DNA of 64,000 bases from an uncultured Gemmatimonadales bacterium. Its GTDB lineage: Bacteria > Gemmatimonadota > Gemmatimonadetes > Longimicrobiales > Gaopeijiaceae. Within the stretch, counting starts at the first letter, position 1. Every line of letters begins with the position of its first letter. The stretch lies in NCBI GenBank assembly GCA_963809895.1, contig CAWELD010000010.1, forward strand, positions 64,001 to 128,000, given 5' to 3'. Shown piece after piece: positions 27,853 through 38,322 of the stretch. The translations under genes were made by a program, and so were the position numbers. A model generated the notes under the pieces. It was not told the DNA's origin, searched no databases, and saw nothing but the letters and a program-made list of their open reading frames with translations.

Positions 27853-30522
27853 CTACTCCGCCTTCAGCACCTCGATGGGATCCACGCGCGCCGCGCGCAG
27901 CGCCGGCAGCACCGACGCCGCCAGGGCCGTGAGTGCCAGCACCGACGCCGCCAGGCCCAGGGTAGCCGGATCGCCGGGCTCCACGCCGAAGAGGAATCCC
28001 CGGAGCAGGCGCGTGAGGGACAGGGCGCCCAGAAGGCCCATGGTCATTCCCGCCGCCGTGAGGCGCATCCCGCGACCGAGCACCAGGGCCAGGAGGCCGG
28101 CGGGCTCGGCGCCCAGCGCCGTGCGGATCCCCAACTCCCGTTTGCGCCGGGCCACGGTGTGGGCCATGGAGCCGTAGAGTCCAGCGGCGGCCAGGAGCAG
28201 CGCCAGGAGGGCGAAGGCCGTCAGCAGCAGCGTCTGGAAGCGCGGCGTGGCCCGGGTGGCGGCCATGCGTGCCTGCATGGTGCGCACGTCGAGTGCCGGC
28301 ACGTACGGGCTGAAGCGCGCCACCGCCTTCCGCAGTTCGGGGATGAGCACCTCCGCCGGCAGGTCCGAGCGCACCACGACCTCGACGATGGGCCAGTCCG
28401 CCTGGGTGTAGGGGATGTAGACCGCCGGGCGCATGCCGTCCTCGGTCCGGGTCTGCACCGCATTGTCCACGACGCCCACGATGCGCCACTCCGTCTCCGT
28501 GTCACCGTCCACGTTGCGTAGGGTCTGGCCGAGGGGGTCGCGGCCGCCGAGCTCCTGCGCCACGAAGGCCTGGTTCACCAACGCCACCCGCGGATCGTCG
28601 GGCCCGTCGGAGGCTCTGATGTCGCGTCCGGCGAGTAGGCTCGTGCCTACGGTGGAGAGGTAGCTCGGCGTGATGACGTAGCCCGCGATTCCCGAGCGCT
28701 CCGTCGTCTCGGGCTCACCGGGAAAGAGGATTCTCGGGGCCCAGTTGGGATCCTGGAAGGGCACGTTGCTCGCGCCCGCCCACGACGTCACGCCGGGTAC
28801 GGGCGCCACTTCGCCCAGCAGTCGGTCCCATTCCCTCCAGGTCGGCTCGGTCGGATCCGCGCCGGGACGCTTGATGCCCATGCGCAGGGTCACCAACCCG
28901 GGAGCGCGGAAGCCCGGGTCCACGGTCCGCAGCCGGACGAGAGAGTTCATGAGGAGCCCCGCTCCCGCGACCAGGACCACGGCGAGGGCCATCTGGCCCG
29001 CGACCATGACACTCCTCAAGCGGTTGTCGGACGCTGCCACGCTCCGGCTGGCACCGGCGCGCAGACCGCTCGCAGGAAGCGTCCGGGCGTAGCGGGCCGC
29101 GGGAATCAAGCCGGCCAGGATGCCCGCTCCCACCGACACCAGCGAGGCGACCACGAGCACGCCCGCGTCTACCGAAACGTCGGCGGCCCGGGGCATCGAG
29201 GTCGGCGCGAAGCGGACGAAGAGGGCGACGCCACCGAAAGCCAGGGCGACGCCTGCGCCTCCGCCGGCCAGCGACAGGAGAACGCTCTCGGACAGCAGGT
29301 CGGCGAACACGCGGGCGCGGCTCGCCCCCAGCGCCCTGCGCACGCCCAGCTCCCGCGCGCGGTCCAGGGTGCGGGTCAGGAGCATGGTGGCCGCGTTGAG
29401 GGCGGACAGGAGGAGCAGGAGCGCCGATGCTCCCAGGAAGAGAATCAGGGCCCGGCGGGTGCCACCCACCGTCTGGTCGCGCAGGCCGTTGACGCCCGCG
29501 CCGAAGTGGGTGCCGTCGGGATAGACGTTGCCCTCGGGATGGTCGGCGGCGACCTGGTCGGCGATGCGATGCATCTCGTCGCGGGCCTGGGCCACCGTGA
29601 TGCCGCGTTGCAGCCGACCCAGGAGCACCAGGCTGCGGCGCCCCCGGTCCTTGTAGCGTACGTCTCCGGTCTGGAGGGGGAGCCAGAATTCCGGCGGGCG
29701 GCCGAACATGGCCTCGGGGGGCTGGAAATCCCCTGGCAGCACGCCGACGACGGTCAGGCCCCCGCCCACACCCGCCACGGTGTTGCCGACGACGCCGGGA
29801 TCGCCTCCGAAGCGACGCATCCAGGTGCCGTGGCTGATCAACGCTACCTGCGAGCCGGACGCCTCGTACTCGTCAGACGTGAAGTTGCGACCCAGGGAGG
29901 GTGAGGTGCGGAGCACGTCGAGGAAGTCGTCCGAGATGCGGGCCGCGGTGGCGAGCTCGGGGCCGCTTCCCTCGTCGGGCAGCAGCACGGAGGTGGTCTC
30001 CACCGCGGCGAGCTCTTCGAACGACGTGGCTCGCGCATCGAAGTCCAGGTAGTTGAGCACGGAGGTGCCGGCGAGGTGTTGCAGGTCCGGGCTCGTGGTG
30101 GACCACTCCCTACCGGGAAAGGTGGTGCCCACCATCACGAGGGCCTCGGAGTCCGGGAAGGGAAGAGGTCGCAGGAGCACTCCGTCCACGACGCTGTAGA
30201 TGGTGGTGGTGGCGCCGATGCCGAGGCCCAGGGTGAGCGCCGCGGATGCGGTGAACCCAGGCCGGCGGCGCAGGCCCCTGGCCGCCAGACGCAGGTCGGC
30301 GATGGGCCCCATGCGACGCAGGATCGCCGTCGGCTTCCACCAGCTCAGGACCGAGCCGACCACCTGACGCCGCAGACGCCGGCGGGCTTCTCCAGGCGAC
30401 ACCCCCAGGGCGAGGTCGTCGGCCCACCGTTCCACGATGTCCCCTCGCACGTGCTCGCTGCCGGCGCCGCGCACGAACACCGTGAGCACCAGGGCCCACA
30501 AGCGCGGGAGTCGGCGCTTCAC
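27853..30522 (-). CDS. Duplicated MacB-like ABC permease with prefix type 2
   Basis: Prefix LPRLW...EHVRGDIVE; DLRLAARGLRRRPGF; RELGIRTALGA. Confidence 0.95.
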   Translation of the reverse strand: MKRRLPRLWALVLTVFVRGAGSEHVRGDIVERWADDLALGVSPGEARRRLRRQVVGSVLSWWKPTAILRRMGPIADLRLAARGLRRRPGFTASAALTLGLGIGATTTIYSVVDGVLLRPLPFPDSEALVMVGTTFPGREWSTTSPDLQHLAGTSVLNYLDFDARATSFEELAAVETTSVLLPDEGSGPELATAARISDDFLDVLRTSPSLGRNFTSDEYEASGSQVALISHGTWMRRFGGDPGVVGNTVAGVGGGLTVVGVLPGDFQPPEAMFGRPPEFWLPLQTGDVRYKDRGRRSLVLLGRLQRGITVAQARDEMHRIADQVAADHPEGNVYPDGTHFGAGVNGLRDQTVGGTRRALILFLGASALLLLLSALNAATMLLTRTLDRARELGVRRALGASRARVFADLLSESVLLSLAGGGAGVALAFGGVALFVRFAPTSMPRAADVSVDAGVLVVASLVSVGAGILAGLIPAARYARTLPASGLRAGASRSVAASDNRLRSVMVAGQMALAVVLVAGAGLLMNSLVRLRTVDPGFRAPGLVTLRMGIKRPGADPTEPTWREWDRLLGEVAPVPGVTSWAGASNVPFQDPNWAPRILFPGEPETTERSGIAGYVITPSYLSTVGTSLLAGRDIRASDGPDDPRVALVNQAFVAQELGGRDPLGQTLRNVDGDTETEWRIVGVVDNAVQTRTEDGMRPAVYIPYTQADWPIVEVVVRSDLPAEVLIPELRKAVARFSPYVPALDVRTMQARMAATRATPRFQTLLLTAFALLALLLAAAGLYGSMAHTVARRKRELGIRTALGAEPAGLLALVLGRGMRLTAAGMTMGLLGALSLTRLLRGFLFGVEPGDPATLGLAASVLALTALAASVLPALRAARVDPIEVLKAE

Positions 30523-30860
30523 GAGTGCTCCTCGGCCAGCCGATCCACCTTCGGCATCAGGCCCTCGGCCATGGACTGCAACCGGCGCACGCTCTGCTGC
30601 AGCTCGTACGCGCCTTCGGGGGTCACGGTGTAGTGCTTCCGGCGCCGGCCTCCGCGCTCGCCGGTGGGCGCGCCGATCCGTGAGGTGACCATGCCGCGGC
30701 CCTCCAGACGGTCCAGCGCGGTGTAGATGGCGCCGGACGACACGGTCCGACCCGTGCGCTCTTCCATGCTGCGGCCGATGGACGCGCCGTAGGCGTCCTC
30801 CTCGAGCTCCACCACCGCCAGCAGGATGGCCTGCTCCAGCTCTCCCAACGCTCGTCCCAT
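30519..30860 (-). CDS. PadR-family regulator (LGExEQ type)
   Basis: LGELEQAILL, AYGASI, SGAIYTALDRLE, GGRRRK; overlaps the permease start. Confidence 0.95.
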   Translation of the reverse strand: MGRALGELEQAILLAVVELEEDAYGASIGRSMEERTGRTVSSGAIYTALDRLEGRGMVTSRIGAPTGERGGRRRKHYTVTPEGAYELQQSVRRLQSMAEGLMPKVDRLAEEHS

Positions 30861-30940
30861 GTTACCCCGTCACTGTAGTGGAAATGATGTCCATTACTAC
30901 TACACTGCATGGGATAAGACAACAGCACCCGGTCCCGGGG

Positions 30941-30970
30941 TTGCAAACTATATTTATCGTTTACATAGTT
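30941..30970 (+). promoter_or_regulatory. Sigma70 promoter overlapped by an AT-rich inverted repeat
   Basis: TTGCAA(30941)-N17-CATAGT(30964); AACTATAT...ACATAGTT dyad at 30946-30970. Confidence 0.55.
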
Positions 30971-31087
30971 CGTGCCCGCGGGGGGTGCAACGACGTGCCT
31001 GCCGAGCGCGGCATGGGCACCCCGTGGTAGCGCGCTGTGCGACTGGGCGGGAGCGTCGGTGGTCCTCAGAGGGAGGAGCGGATCGTG

Positions 31088-32182
31088 ATGGGTGCGATGA
31101 TCGTCGTGCTGGCGCTGGCAACGTCTGCCGGTGCCCCCGAGGCGGCGGATACGGTGGTGATCGAGGGACCCCCACGCATCGAGATCGGGGTCTCGACGTC
31201 GGACGCCCACGACCAGCTCTTCGACGTGGGCCGGGTCCTGCGAACCTCCGACGGGGGATTGGTGGTGGTGGAGACCACGGCCGGACGGCTGCGCCGCTAC
31301 GGCGCCGACGGCCGCTTCGTTCGTGATCTGGGGGGACGGGGTGAGGGACCAGGGGAGTTCCCGGACATCACCGACGCGGTGCTTCGTGGGGACACCCTGC
31401 TGGTGTTGGCCAGCGATGGGCGCATCACCCGCCTCACCCTCGACGACGAGGTGGTCGACACCTGGCGACCGTCGTTGGACGGACTCGTGGACGAGGCCTA
31501 CAACCCGGTGCCGGCCGGCATCCTTGGTGACGGCCGCATGCTGGTGCGCGCCAACGAGCGGGTGTTCGGCCGGCCCGACGGCGATTACGTGCAGCACGTC
31601 CTGTGGCTCACCGTGACGCGCCGGGGTGACGCGGACACCCTGGCCCTGGTGCCGTCGCATCGTGTGCATTCCGAGCAGGGCCTGCCCCGGCCGTACCGGC
31701 CCTGGGTGGAGGCGGCCTGGTCCGCTGGCGGGGGCGCGTTGTGGCTGACGGTGCCCGCCGCAGCGCGTGTGCGGAGGGCCGGCTCCGATGTCCGGGTCGA
31801 TGTGGCGGTCCCCGACCGGGCTCCGTCCGACGACGACCTGGCGCGGTTTCGCGGTCGCTACCTCGCCCGGGGGCGAACCGCAAACGATCGGCGCGTCATC
31901 GCCGAGTGGGTAGACGAGAGCCCGTTGGCCGAGCACGTGCCGGCCTTCCGCCGGATCACCGCCGACCAGCTGGGCCGAGTGTGGGTGGAGCGTTGGCCCG
32001 ACGGGGACGCCGAGACGACCTGGGACGTGTTCGATGTCGCCGGACGCGCGGTCGCCGCCGTGCGCATCCCCCTGACCCTTCGGCTGGAGGGGGCGGGAGA
32101 CGGCTGGATCGTGGGGGTGTGGACCGACCCGTTGGGCGTCGAGCGGGTGAGGCTCTACGACCTGCCCGCGCTCAAGGACTGA
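31088..32182 (+). CDS. 6-bladed beta-propeller secreted protein
   Basis: GGRGEGPGEF motif; DQLGRVWV; WDVFD. Confidence 0.8.
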   Translation: MGAMIVVLALATSAGAPEAADTVVIEGPPRIEIGVSTSDAHDQLFDVGRVLRTSDGGLVVVETTAGRLRRYGADGRFVRDLGGRGEGPGEFPDITDAVLRGDTLLVLASDGRITRLTLDDEVVDTWRPSLDGLVDEAYNPVPAGILGDGRMLVRANERVFGRPDGDYVQHVLWLTVTRRGDADTLALVPSHRVHSEQGLPRPYRPWVEAAWSAGGGALWLTVPAAARVRRAGSDVRVDVAVPDRAPSDDDLARFRGRYLARGRTANDRRVIAEWVDESPLAEHVPAFRRITADQLGRVWVERWPDGDAETTWDVFDVAGRAVAAVRIPLTLRLEGAGDGWIVGVWTDPLGVERVRLYDLPALKD

Positions 32183-32960
32183 GCCCGGGGCCGCCGTCCA
32201 TGGGGGTACCCGTGCATCCGAAGCTCAACGGCGGAAGCTCACGGCCCTGCTCGGCCAGCCGGGCGATGTAGCCGCGGGTGTAGAAGCGCACCTCACCGGC
32301 GCGCCGGTAGGCCTCGACCATGAAGAGTCCCCGGGGATCGATGCTCGCCAACTCCTGCCACTCGCCCAGCACGCGGTGATCGTCCACGCACGCCACCACC
32401 GACTCCTGCTGGCCTCGGTTGGTCACGCACAGCGAGTCCGCTTCGGGGGTGCAGGGGCTGGCCATGGGGAGGATCCGTCGGACCATCTCGTAGGCGCTGG
32501 GATCCGAGCGCTGCACGAGATCCTTCATGGTGTAGAGATCCACGATGCCGTACTGGGCTCCGCGCCGGCGGCTGGCGAGCCCGTCCACGATCACCTGCAG
32601 GCCCTGGATCTTCACCGGATCCGGCTTGAGCGCCAGCACGAGCGGCGACATGGCCTGGTCGGCGCGCACGGGGAACGCCTGCGTCTCGTAGCCGAGCTGG
32701 GCCACCCTGAGCACGTAGCCCGGCGCTCCGGGAACCACGCTGAGCTGGAAGGTGCCCAGCGAATCGGAGAGCACGCCCTGCTTGTTGTCGCCCTGGGCCA
32801 CGAAGGCGCCGGGGATCGGTTGCATGGACCCGCCGTCGACGACGGTGCCGGTCAGCACCAGGCCGCGCTCCTGCGCGGAGAGGGGGGCGGCCACGAGGGC
32901 GAGGGCGGCGACAACGGTAGACGGAGACGCGAGGCGGCGTCTCGCGGAACGAAGCGTCAT
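32172..32960 (-). CDS. Carboxypeptidase-regulatory-like domain + degenerate plug-like domain protein
   Basis: Signal peptide; LTGTVVD...PIPGA...SDSLGTF...LGYE; Cys-rich C-terminal domain. Confidence 0.75.
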   Translation of the reverse strand: MTLRSARRRLASPSTVVAALALVAAPLSAQERGLVLTGTVVDGGSMQPIPGAFVAQGDNKQGVLSDSLGTFQLSVVPGAPGYVLRVAQLGYETQAFPVRADQAMSPLVLALKPDPVKIQGLQVIVDGLASRRRGAQYGIVDLYTMKDLVQRSDPSAYEMVRRILPMASPCTPEADSLCVTNRGQQESVVACVDDHRVLGEWQELASIDPRGLFMVEAYRRAGEVRFYTRGYIARLAEQGRELPPLSFGCTGTPMDGGPGLSP

Positions 32961-33039
32961 GGGTCGGTGGAGGCGGTGGATCGAACGGCGATCGCGGAGA
33001 TCGGATCACCGGAGCGTGGGATTGTAGGCCGCGGGGCCT

Positions 33040-35761
33040 TCAGCGTTCCCGGAGCGCCTCGCCCGGCTGGATCCTGAGACCTCGCAGGGTCGGAGCGAGG
33101 CACGACAGCAGGCCCACCGCCATCATCACGGCGGACACACCGCCCAGGACGGCCACCCAGCTCGTGTTGCGGACCGTCTCCTCGCTGGCCATCTGGGCGC
33201 TGGTGGCGCCCACATACACCACCAGCGTGCCCAGGACCACGCCCGCCAGGAGCTGGATGAAGGCCCGGGTGGCGATGGCCCGGAGCACCCGGCCGCGACT
33301 GGCGCCCAGCGCCGTGCGGATGCCGATTTCTCGGGTGCGCTCCGAGACGGTGAAGGACATGAGCGCGTAGAGGCTCGCCAGCGAGAGGACCATGGCGATG
33401 GCGGCCAGGACCCCGAACAGAAAGGTCATCCAGCGCGCGCCCCAGAGCTCCTCGCTGAACACGTCGCTCAGGGGCACGGTCTCGATCACCAGCAGGGTGG
33501 GTTCGAGTTGGGCCGCCACGGCACGCAGCCGGGCGGTGAACGCCGCCGGGTCGCCCTCCAGGTGGATCGCCAGCCGCACCGGCACCAGATCCCCGGGCGC
33601 GGCCACCTCGTAGAACCCGGCCGGTTGGTTGGGGTCGGCGACGTTCATGCCCAGGTCGGGGACGACGCCGACGATCTCGTGCCAGGGTCGTGGTTCCTGA
33701 TCGGGGCTGCCGACATCGCGAAACCGGCGACCCAGCGCGTTGCCCCCATGCAGGACGTGGTCGACGAACGACTGGTTGACGATGACGGCGCTGCGTGGGT
33801 GCTGGAGGTCGCCGGAATCGAAGGCACGCCCGGAGAGGAGCGGCTGCCCGAGGCCCTGGAAGAACCCGGGGTCGACCTGGGCCCCGCGGACCAGGTGATC
33901 CGGCTCGCTGCCGGGGGCCGGCGGTCTCGCCCTGCACCTCGATGCGCCGGCGAGGGTGGCTGGTACCGGGCAATTCGCCGCCGAAGGCCACGCCCACCAC
34001 GCCGGGCTCCGCCGACAGACGCCGCGCCAGCTCCTCCTGGAGCGCGGCGAAGCGGGCGCGGAGCGCGTCGGGATCGGCTTCCGGCCCGGCCGGCGAGACG
34101 GGGGCCGCGGCGATGGAGAGGCGGGCCGTGAGGTATTGGCTGGCCGGAACCCCCTGCGCCGCGTCTCCCAGGCTCCGCAGGGCGTCGCCGCCATAGACGC
34201 CCACCAGCGACAGAAATCCCACCGAGATCCCCACCTCGGCCACGATGAGCAGGGTGGAGAGTCCCCCGAAACGAAGTCCCGACGCGCCGGCGGTAGCGCG
34301 CTGGAGACTGCGCTGCACGTTGCGGCCCGTGGCCTTGAGCGCCGGGACGCCGCCGGCCAGGACCGCGCTGAAGGTGGCCAGCGCCACGGCCGCCACGACG
34401 GTTCCGGGATCCACGCCCAGATCGAACCAGAAGGGCATGGCGTTGGTGAGGCGATGGAGGCGCCCGACCACGGCGGTGCCGATGCCGAGTCCCGCCGCCG
34501 CCGCCACCAGGGTCAGCACGAACGCCTCCACGAAGAGCTGGCCGACCACGCGAGCCCGCGAGGCCCCCAGGGCGTTGCGGATGGCGATCTCGCTGGAGCG
34601 GGTGGCGGTGCGGGCGAGCATGAGCGTGCCCACGTTCCCGCACGCCACGGCCAGGAGCAGCAAGGCCGCGATCTGCACCGGGAGGACCCGGATGAACTCC
34701 CCGCGGAGTCCGGTGAGCGCCCAGGCCAGGGGGAGCACCTCGGCGCGCAGGTGCTCGTGGCTCTGTGGATGGTCCGCCGCCGCGCGCAGGCCCACGGTGG
34801 AAAGCTCGGCCCGGGCCTGCTCCGTGGACACGCCGTCGGCGAGCCGGCCGAAGACCCAGAAGCTGGGTCCCTGGCCCCATTCGTAGTCCCGACCGCGGAG
34901 CTGGAAGGGAATCCAGAGGTGGTCCCGGTAGGGGAAGAGGAAGCCCTGGGGCATGACCCCCACCACCTCGCGCGCTACGGCTCCCACCTGGACCGTCTGC
35001 CCCACGATGTCGGGGTCGGCGCCGAAGCGGCCGTTCCACACGTCGTAGCCCAGAACCACCACCGGCGGGGCGCCCTCGAGCTCGTCCGAGGCTCTGAGCG
35101 TGCGGCCCAGGAGCGGCTTCGTGCGCACCACGTCGAAGGCCGACGCGGTCATCTCCGAGCCTCGCACCGCTTCGGCCCGGCCGTCGTCGGTGATCAGGTT
35201 CAGCGTGGCGGGATCGGCGGCCGCCAGCGCCTGGAACGACCTCAGCGTGGCGCGCCACAGCTCGAAGTCGCGGATCTGCGCTCTCCGGGAATCGGAGTGC
35301 GACTGATCCCAGTTCTGGAGCCCCACGATGCGCGCGCCCTCGTCGAAGGGCAGGGTGGCGTTGAGGGCGCGGGTCAGTTGGATCGGTGCCAGTCCCACCG
35401 GAATGGCCAGCGCCAGGGCGAAGACCGCCACCAGGGTGAGACCGGGGTGCCGCCCCAGCATGCGCACGCCCAGCTTCAGGTCGAGCCACGACACGCCGGG
35501 GATTCGGGGCACGGACGCGCGGGACCGCCACGTGGCCGCCGCCGACGCGACGAGGTTGGTGAGGTAGCGGAGCTGCGCCCGGGAGCGCGAGGCGCCGCGT
35601 TCCAGGTCCCGTTCGAGAAGCTCGTCCAGGTCCGCCAGGATCTGGGCGCGGTCGGGCCCCCGGATCAGGAGGCCGGCCAGGAGGCGCAGCGCGCGAGGCG
35701 GTCGGAGGCCGCGGGGCGGGTCCGAGTCGTGGGGCGGGCGCGAGGGCTCGTGGGCGGCCAT
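33040..35761 (-). CDS. Duplicated MacB-like ABC permease with prefix type 2; +1 frameshift at G5 33913-33917
   Basis: PPRALRLL...ILADLDE prefix; DLKLGVRML. The C-terminal half (REIGIRTALGA, RIQPGEALRE) is in ORF 33040..34194. Confidence 0.9.
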
Positions 35762-35765
35762 GCCG

Positions 35766-36098
35766 TCAGCCCTCGGCGAGCTCGGCCAACCGCGGGATCA
35801 GTCCGCCGGCCATGGCCTGCATGGTCTCCCAGGACTCCAGGAGCGCCCGGGCACCGCCGGGCTTCAGCGTGTAGGTCTTGCGGGGGCGCCCGGGTCGCCC
35901 GGGCACGGGATCCTCCAGCGCCGACGATACCAGGTCCCGCTCCTCGAGGCGGCCCAGCGTCGTGTAGATGGCCCCGGACGAGACCGTGCGGCCGGTGCGC
36001 TCTTCGATGAGCTCGCGGATCGCCACCCCGTAGGCGTCGTCGCCGAGCTGAAGCACCGAGAAGAGGATGAGCTGCTCGAATTCGCCGAGATAGGCCAT
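35766..36098 (-). CDS. PadR-family regulator (LGEFEQ type)
   Basis: LGEFEQLIL, AYGVAI, SGAIYTTLGRLE. Confidence 0.95.
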   Translation of the reverse strand: MAYLGEFEQLILFSVLQLGDDAYGVAIRELIEERTGRTVSSGAIYTTLGRLEERDLVSSALEDPVPGRPGRPRKTYTLKPGGARALLESWETMQAMAGGLIPRLAELAEG

Positions 36099-36143
36099 GG
36101 GGTGCGCTTCTGGTCGCGGGATCCGTCACCGGTCCCGATATAA

Positions 36144-36158
36144 TACTACGTCGTAGTA
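36144..36158. promoter_or_regulatory. Putative PadR operator
   Basis: Perfect palindrome TACTACG-T-CGTAGTA in an AT-rich patch about 45 bp upstream of padR. Confidence 0.7.
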
Positions 36159-36217
36159 AAATCTGCCAGAGTGAACGGTCGCGACGTGGAGCAGCGTGGT
36201 GCGATGCGGTGGCCGCG

Positions 36218-36496
36218 CTAGTAGTCCACCGATTCCATGGCCTCGAACATCTCCACCCGGGGCGCACCCAGTACCCCGGAACGCTCCATGGCGTCGGCCA
36301 GACCCGGTTGGGCACCGAACGCCCGGGCCATTTCGAGGGTCGGGAAGCCTGCTGCTACAGACACGAGGTTCGGATCGTCCACACCACGGGCGACCCGGTG
36401 CCAGAGGGCGCCACCGCCGCTGGGCGGGAACGTGTCGAAGACCGCCTTCCACTCGTCGTAATCGCGGACCTGGTGCAGGATGGACAGGATGACCAT
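36218..36496 (-). CDS. Small dimeric alpha+beta barrel (cyclase/ABM-like) protein
   Basis: RBS GGAGG; HQVRDYDEWKAVFD...DDPN...AMERSGV. Confidence 0.8.
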   Translation of the reverse strand: MVILSILHQVRDYDEWKAVFDTFPPSGGGALWHRVARGVDDPNLVSVAAGFPTLEMARAFGAQPGLADAMERSGVLGAPRVEMFEAMESVDY

Positions 36497-36744
36497 GTCG
36501 TGCCTCCGGAGAGGGGGCCGGCTCGATCGCCGGCACGCGCGGGCGCCAGCGGAGGTGCTGGCGCCGGATGCGAACCGCGCGTTGGCGGCTCGCCAATCGT
36601 CCGGCGCCACTATGCGGCCTGTTCGGATGAATGGCGAGGATTGCGGTCGGAGCGCGGTCCGACTCTCCGACTTGCAGGGCGGTGTGGGCGCGCTCGATCA
36701 TGTCTCCACCGCCGCCGTCTCAGCCCGAGCCCCGAGGACCAGCC

Positions 36745-38319
36745 ATGGATCGCTTCAACCGAGCGGGGGGACAGCCGGTTCGCCGGACGCCTCGCCTGCG
36801 TCTGCCACGCGCAGCCGTTGTGACCGTAGCACTGGCGGCCGCGTTCGTGGCCGGTAGCCCGGGGGCGTCGGCGGCCCAGGCCACCGACACCGAGCGCCAG
36901 GCCGCTGCCGACATCCTGGCCCGCATCGACTCGTTGGAGGCGCGGTTGCAGCCCGCCCGCACCGCCGGGGAGCTGGCGGCGGCAAGCGATCCGGCGCGGG
37001 ACGCGGTCCTGGCCCGGGTGCAGGAGCTGTGGACCGGGGACATGCAGGCGCTGTCCGACTGGATCGGCCACCACCCCGAGGTGGGTTGGCACGAGTGGCA
37101 GGCGGTGGACACGCTTGTGGCGGTGCTCGAGGACTACGGCTTCGACGTGGAGACGGGCGTCGCCGACATGCCCACCGCCTTTGTTGCCACCTGGACCTCG
37201 CCGGCGGGCGCCGACGGCCCGACGCTGGGCCTGATCGCCGAATACGACGCGCTGCGCGGCACGCAGGGGAACTTCCACGGCGACCAGCACAACGCCCAGA
37301 GTCCGGTGGCTTTCGCCGCCGGCAAGGCCGTGGCGGAGCACATGGCCCGGACGGGCGTGCCCGGGCGCGTGATCATCTACGGCACGCCGGCCGAGGAGGT
37401 GAACCCACCGGCCAAGCGCATCCTCCGCGACGCCGGCGTCTTCGAGGGCGCCGACATCCTGGTGCGGAGCCATTCCAGCTCCTCCACCGAGCGGTCGCGG
37501 CCAGGGTTCGGGAGCTGCTGCCTGAACATCGATCAGGTCACGTACGTGTTCACGGGTCGGCCGGCGCATCAGCTCGCGTCGTGGAACGGCCGCAATGCCC
37601 TGGAAGCCGCCGTGCAGTTCTATTCGGCGGTGGACCATCTGCGCTCGACCTGGCGCCCGGAGCACCGGGTCCAGGGCGTGATTCCGGAAGGTGGTGTCGC
37701 TCCCAACGTGGTGCCCGACCGCGCGGTGGTGGACTATTACATTCGCTATCCCGACGACGTCTACCTGGAGCACATCTCCCGGATGATGCGCGATGCGGCC
37801 CGGGGCGCGGCGCAGATGACCGGCACGGAGGTGGAGATCACCCGCGGCGGCGAATACCGTGACGGCGTTACGACAGCGACCCTCGAGGAGCTGTTCTGGG
37901 CCTACGCGAAGAAGCTGGGGGCGCCGGGCCTGGTGGAGGAGCTCGGCCGTCCCGCCGGCTACGAGGAGACGGGCTCCGTGAGCCGCGACATCCCCGGGGT
38001 CGGCGTGACCGTGAAGAGCTCCACGAATCCGAACCACACCTACGGGATGCTCGAAGAGGCTTTCCAGGACATCGGCCACGAGGCGTTCCTCATGGACGCC
38101 CAGATCGAGGCGGCGGTGCTGTACGACTTTCTCACGCACCCGGACTTCCGCGCCAAGGTGCAGGAGGAACACCGCACGCTGGCGGCGCTGCAGGAGCGTT
38201 ATGAAGACGCGCTCCGCCTCGCATACGGCTCGGAGATCGAAGCCGACACCGCGCTGTCCCGGGGGTCGCGCATGAAGATGGAGGTGCCGCAGGTGGTGCG
38301 GCCGGGTGGGGGCCGGTAG
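36745..38319 (+). CDS. Secreted M20 amidohydrolase (AbgB/Acy1L2-like)
   Basis: HPEVG, PTAF, AEYDAL, GTPAEE, GRNAL, PNVVPD. Confidence 0.88.
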   Translation: MDRFNRAGGQPVRRTPRLRLPRAAVVTVALAAAFVAGSPGASAAQATDTERQAAADILARIDSLEARLQPARTAGELAAASDPARDAVLARVQELWTGDMQALSDWIGHHPEVGWHEWQAVDTLVAVLEDYGFDVETGVADMPTAFVATWTSPAGADGPTLGLIAEYDALRGTQGNFHGDQHNAQSPVAFAAGKAVAEHMARTGVPGRVIIYGTPAEEVNPPAKRILRDAGVFEGADILVRSHSSSSTERSRPGFGSCCLNIDQVTYVFTGRPAHQLASWNGRNALEAAVQFYSAVDHLRSTWRPEHRVQGVIPEGGVAPNVVPDRAVVDYYIRYPDDVYLEHISRMMRDAARGAAQMTGTEVEITRGGEYRDGVTTATLEELFWAYAKKLGAPGLVEELGRPAGYEETGSVSRDIPGVGVTVKSSTNPNHTYGMLEEAFQDIGHEAFLMDAQIEAAVLYDFLTHPDFRAKVQEEHRTLAALQERYEDALRLAYGSEIEADTALSRGSRMKMEVPQVVRPGGGR

Positions 38320-38322
38320 GTC

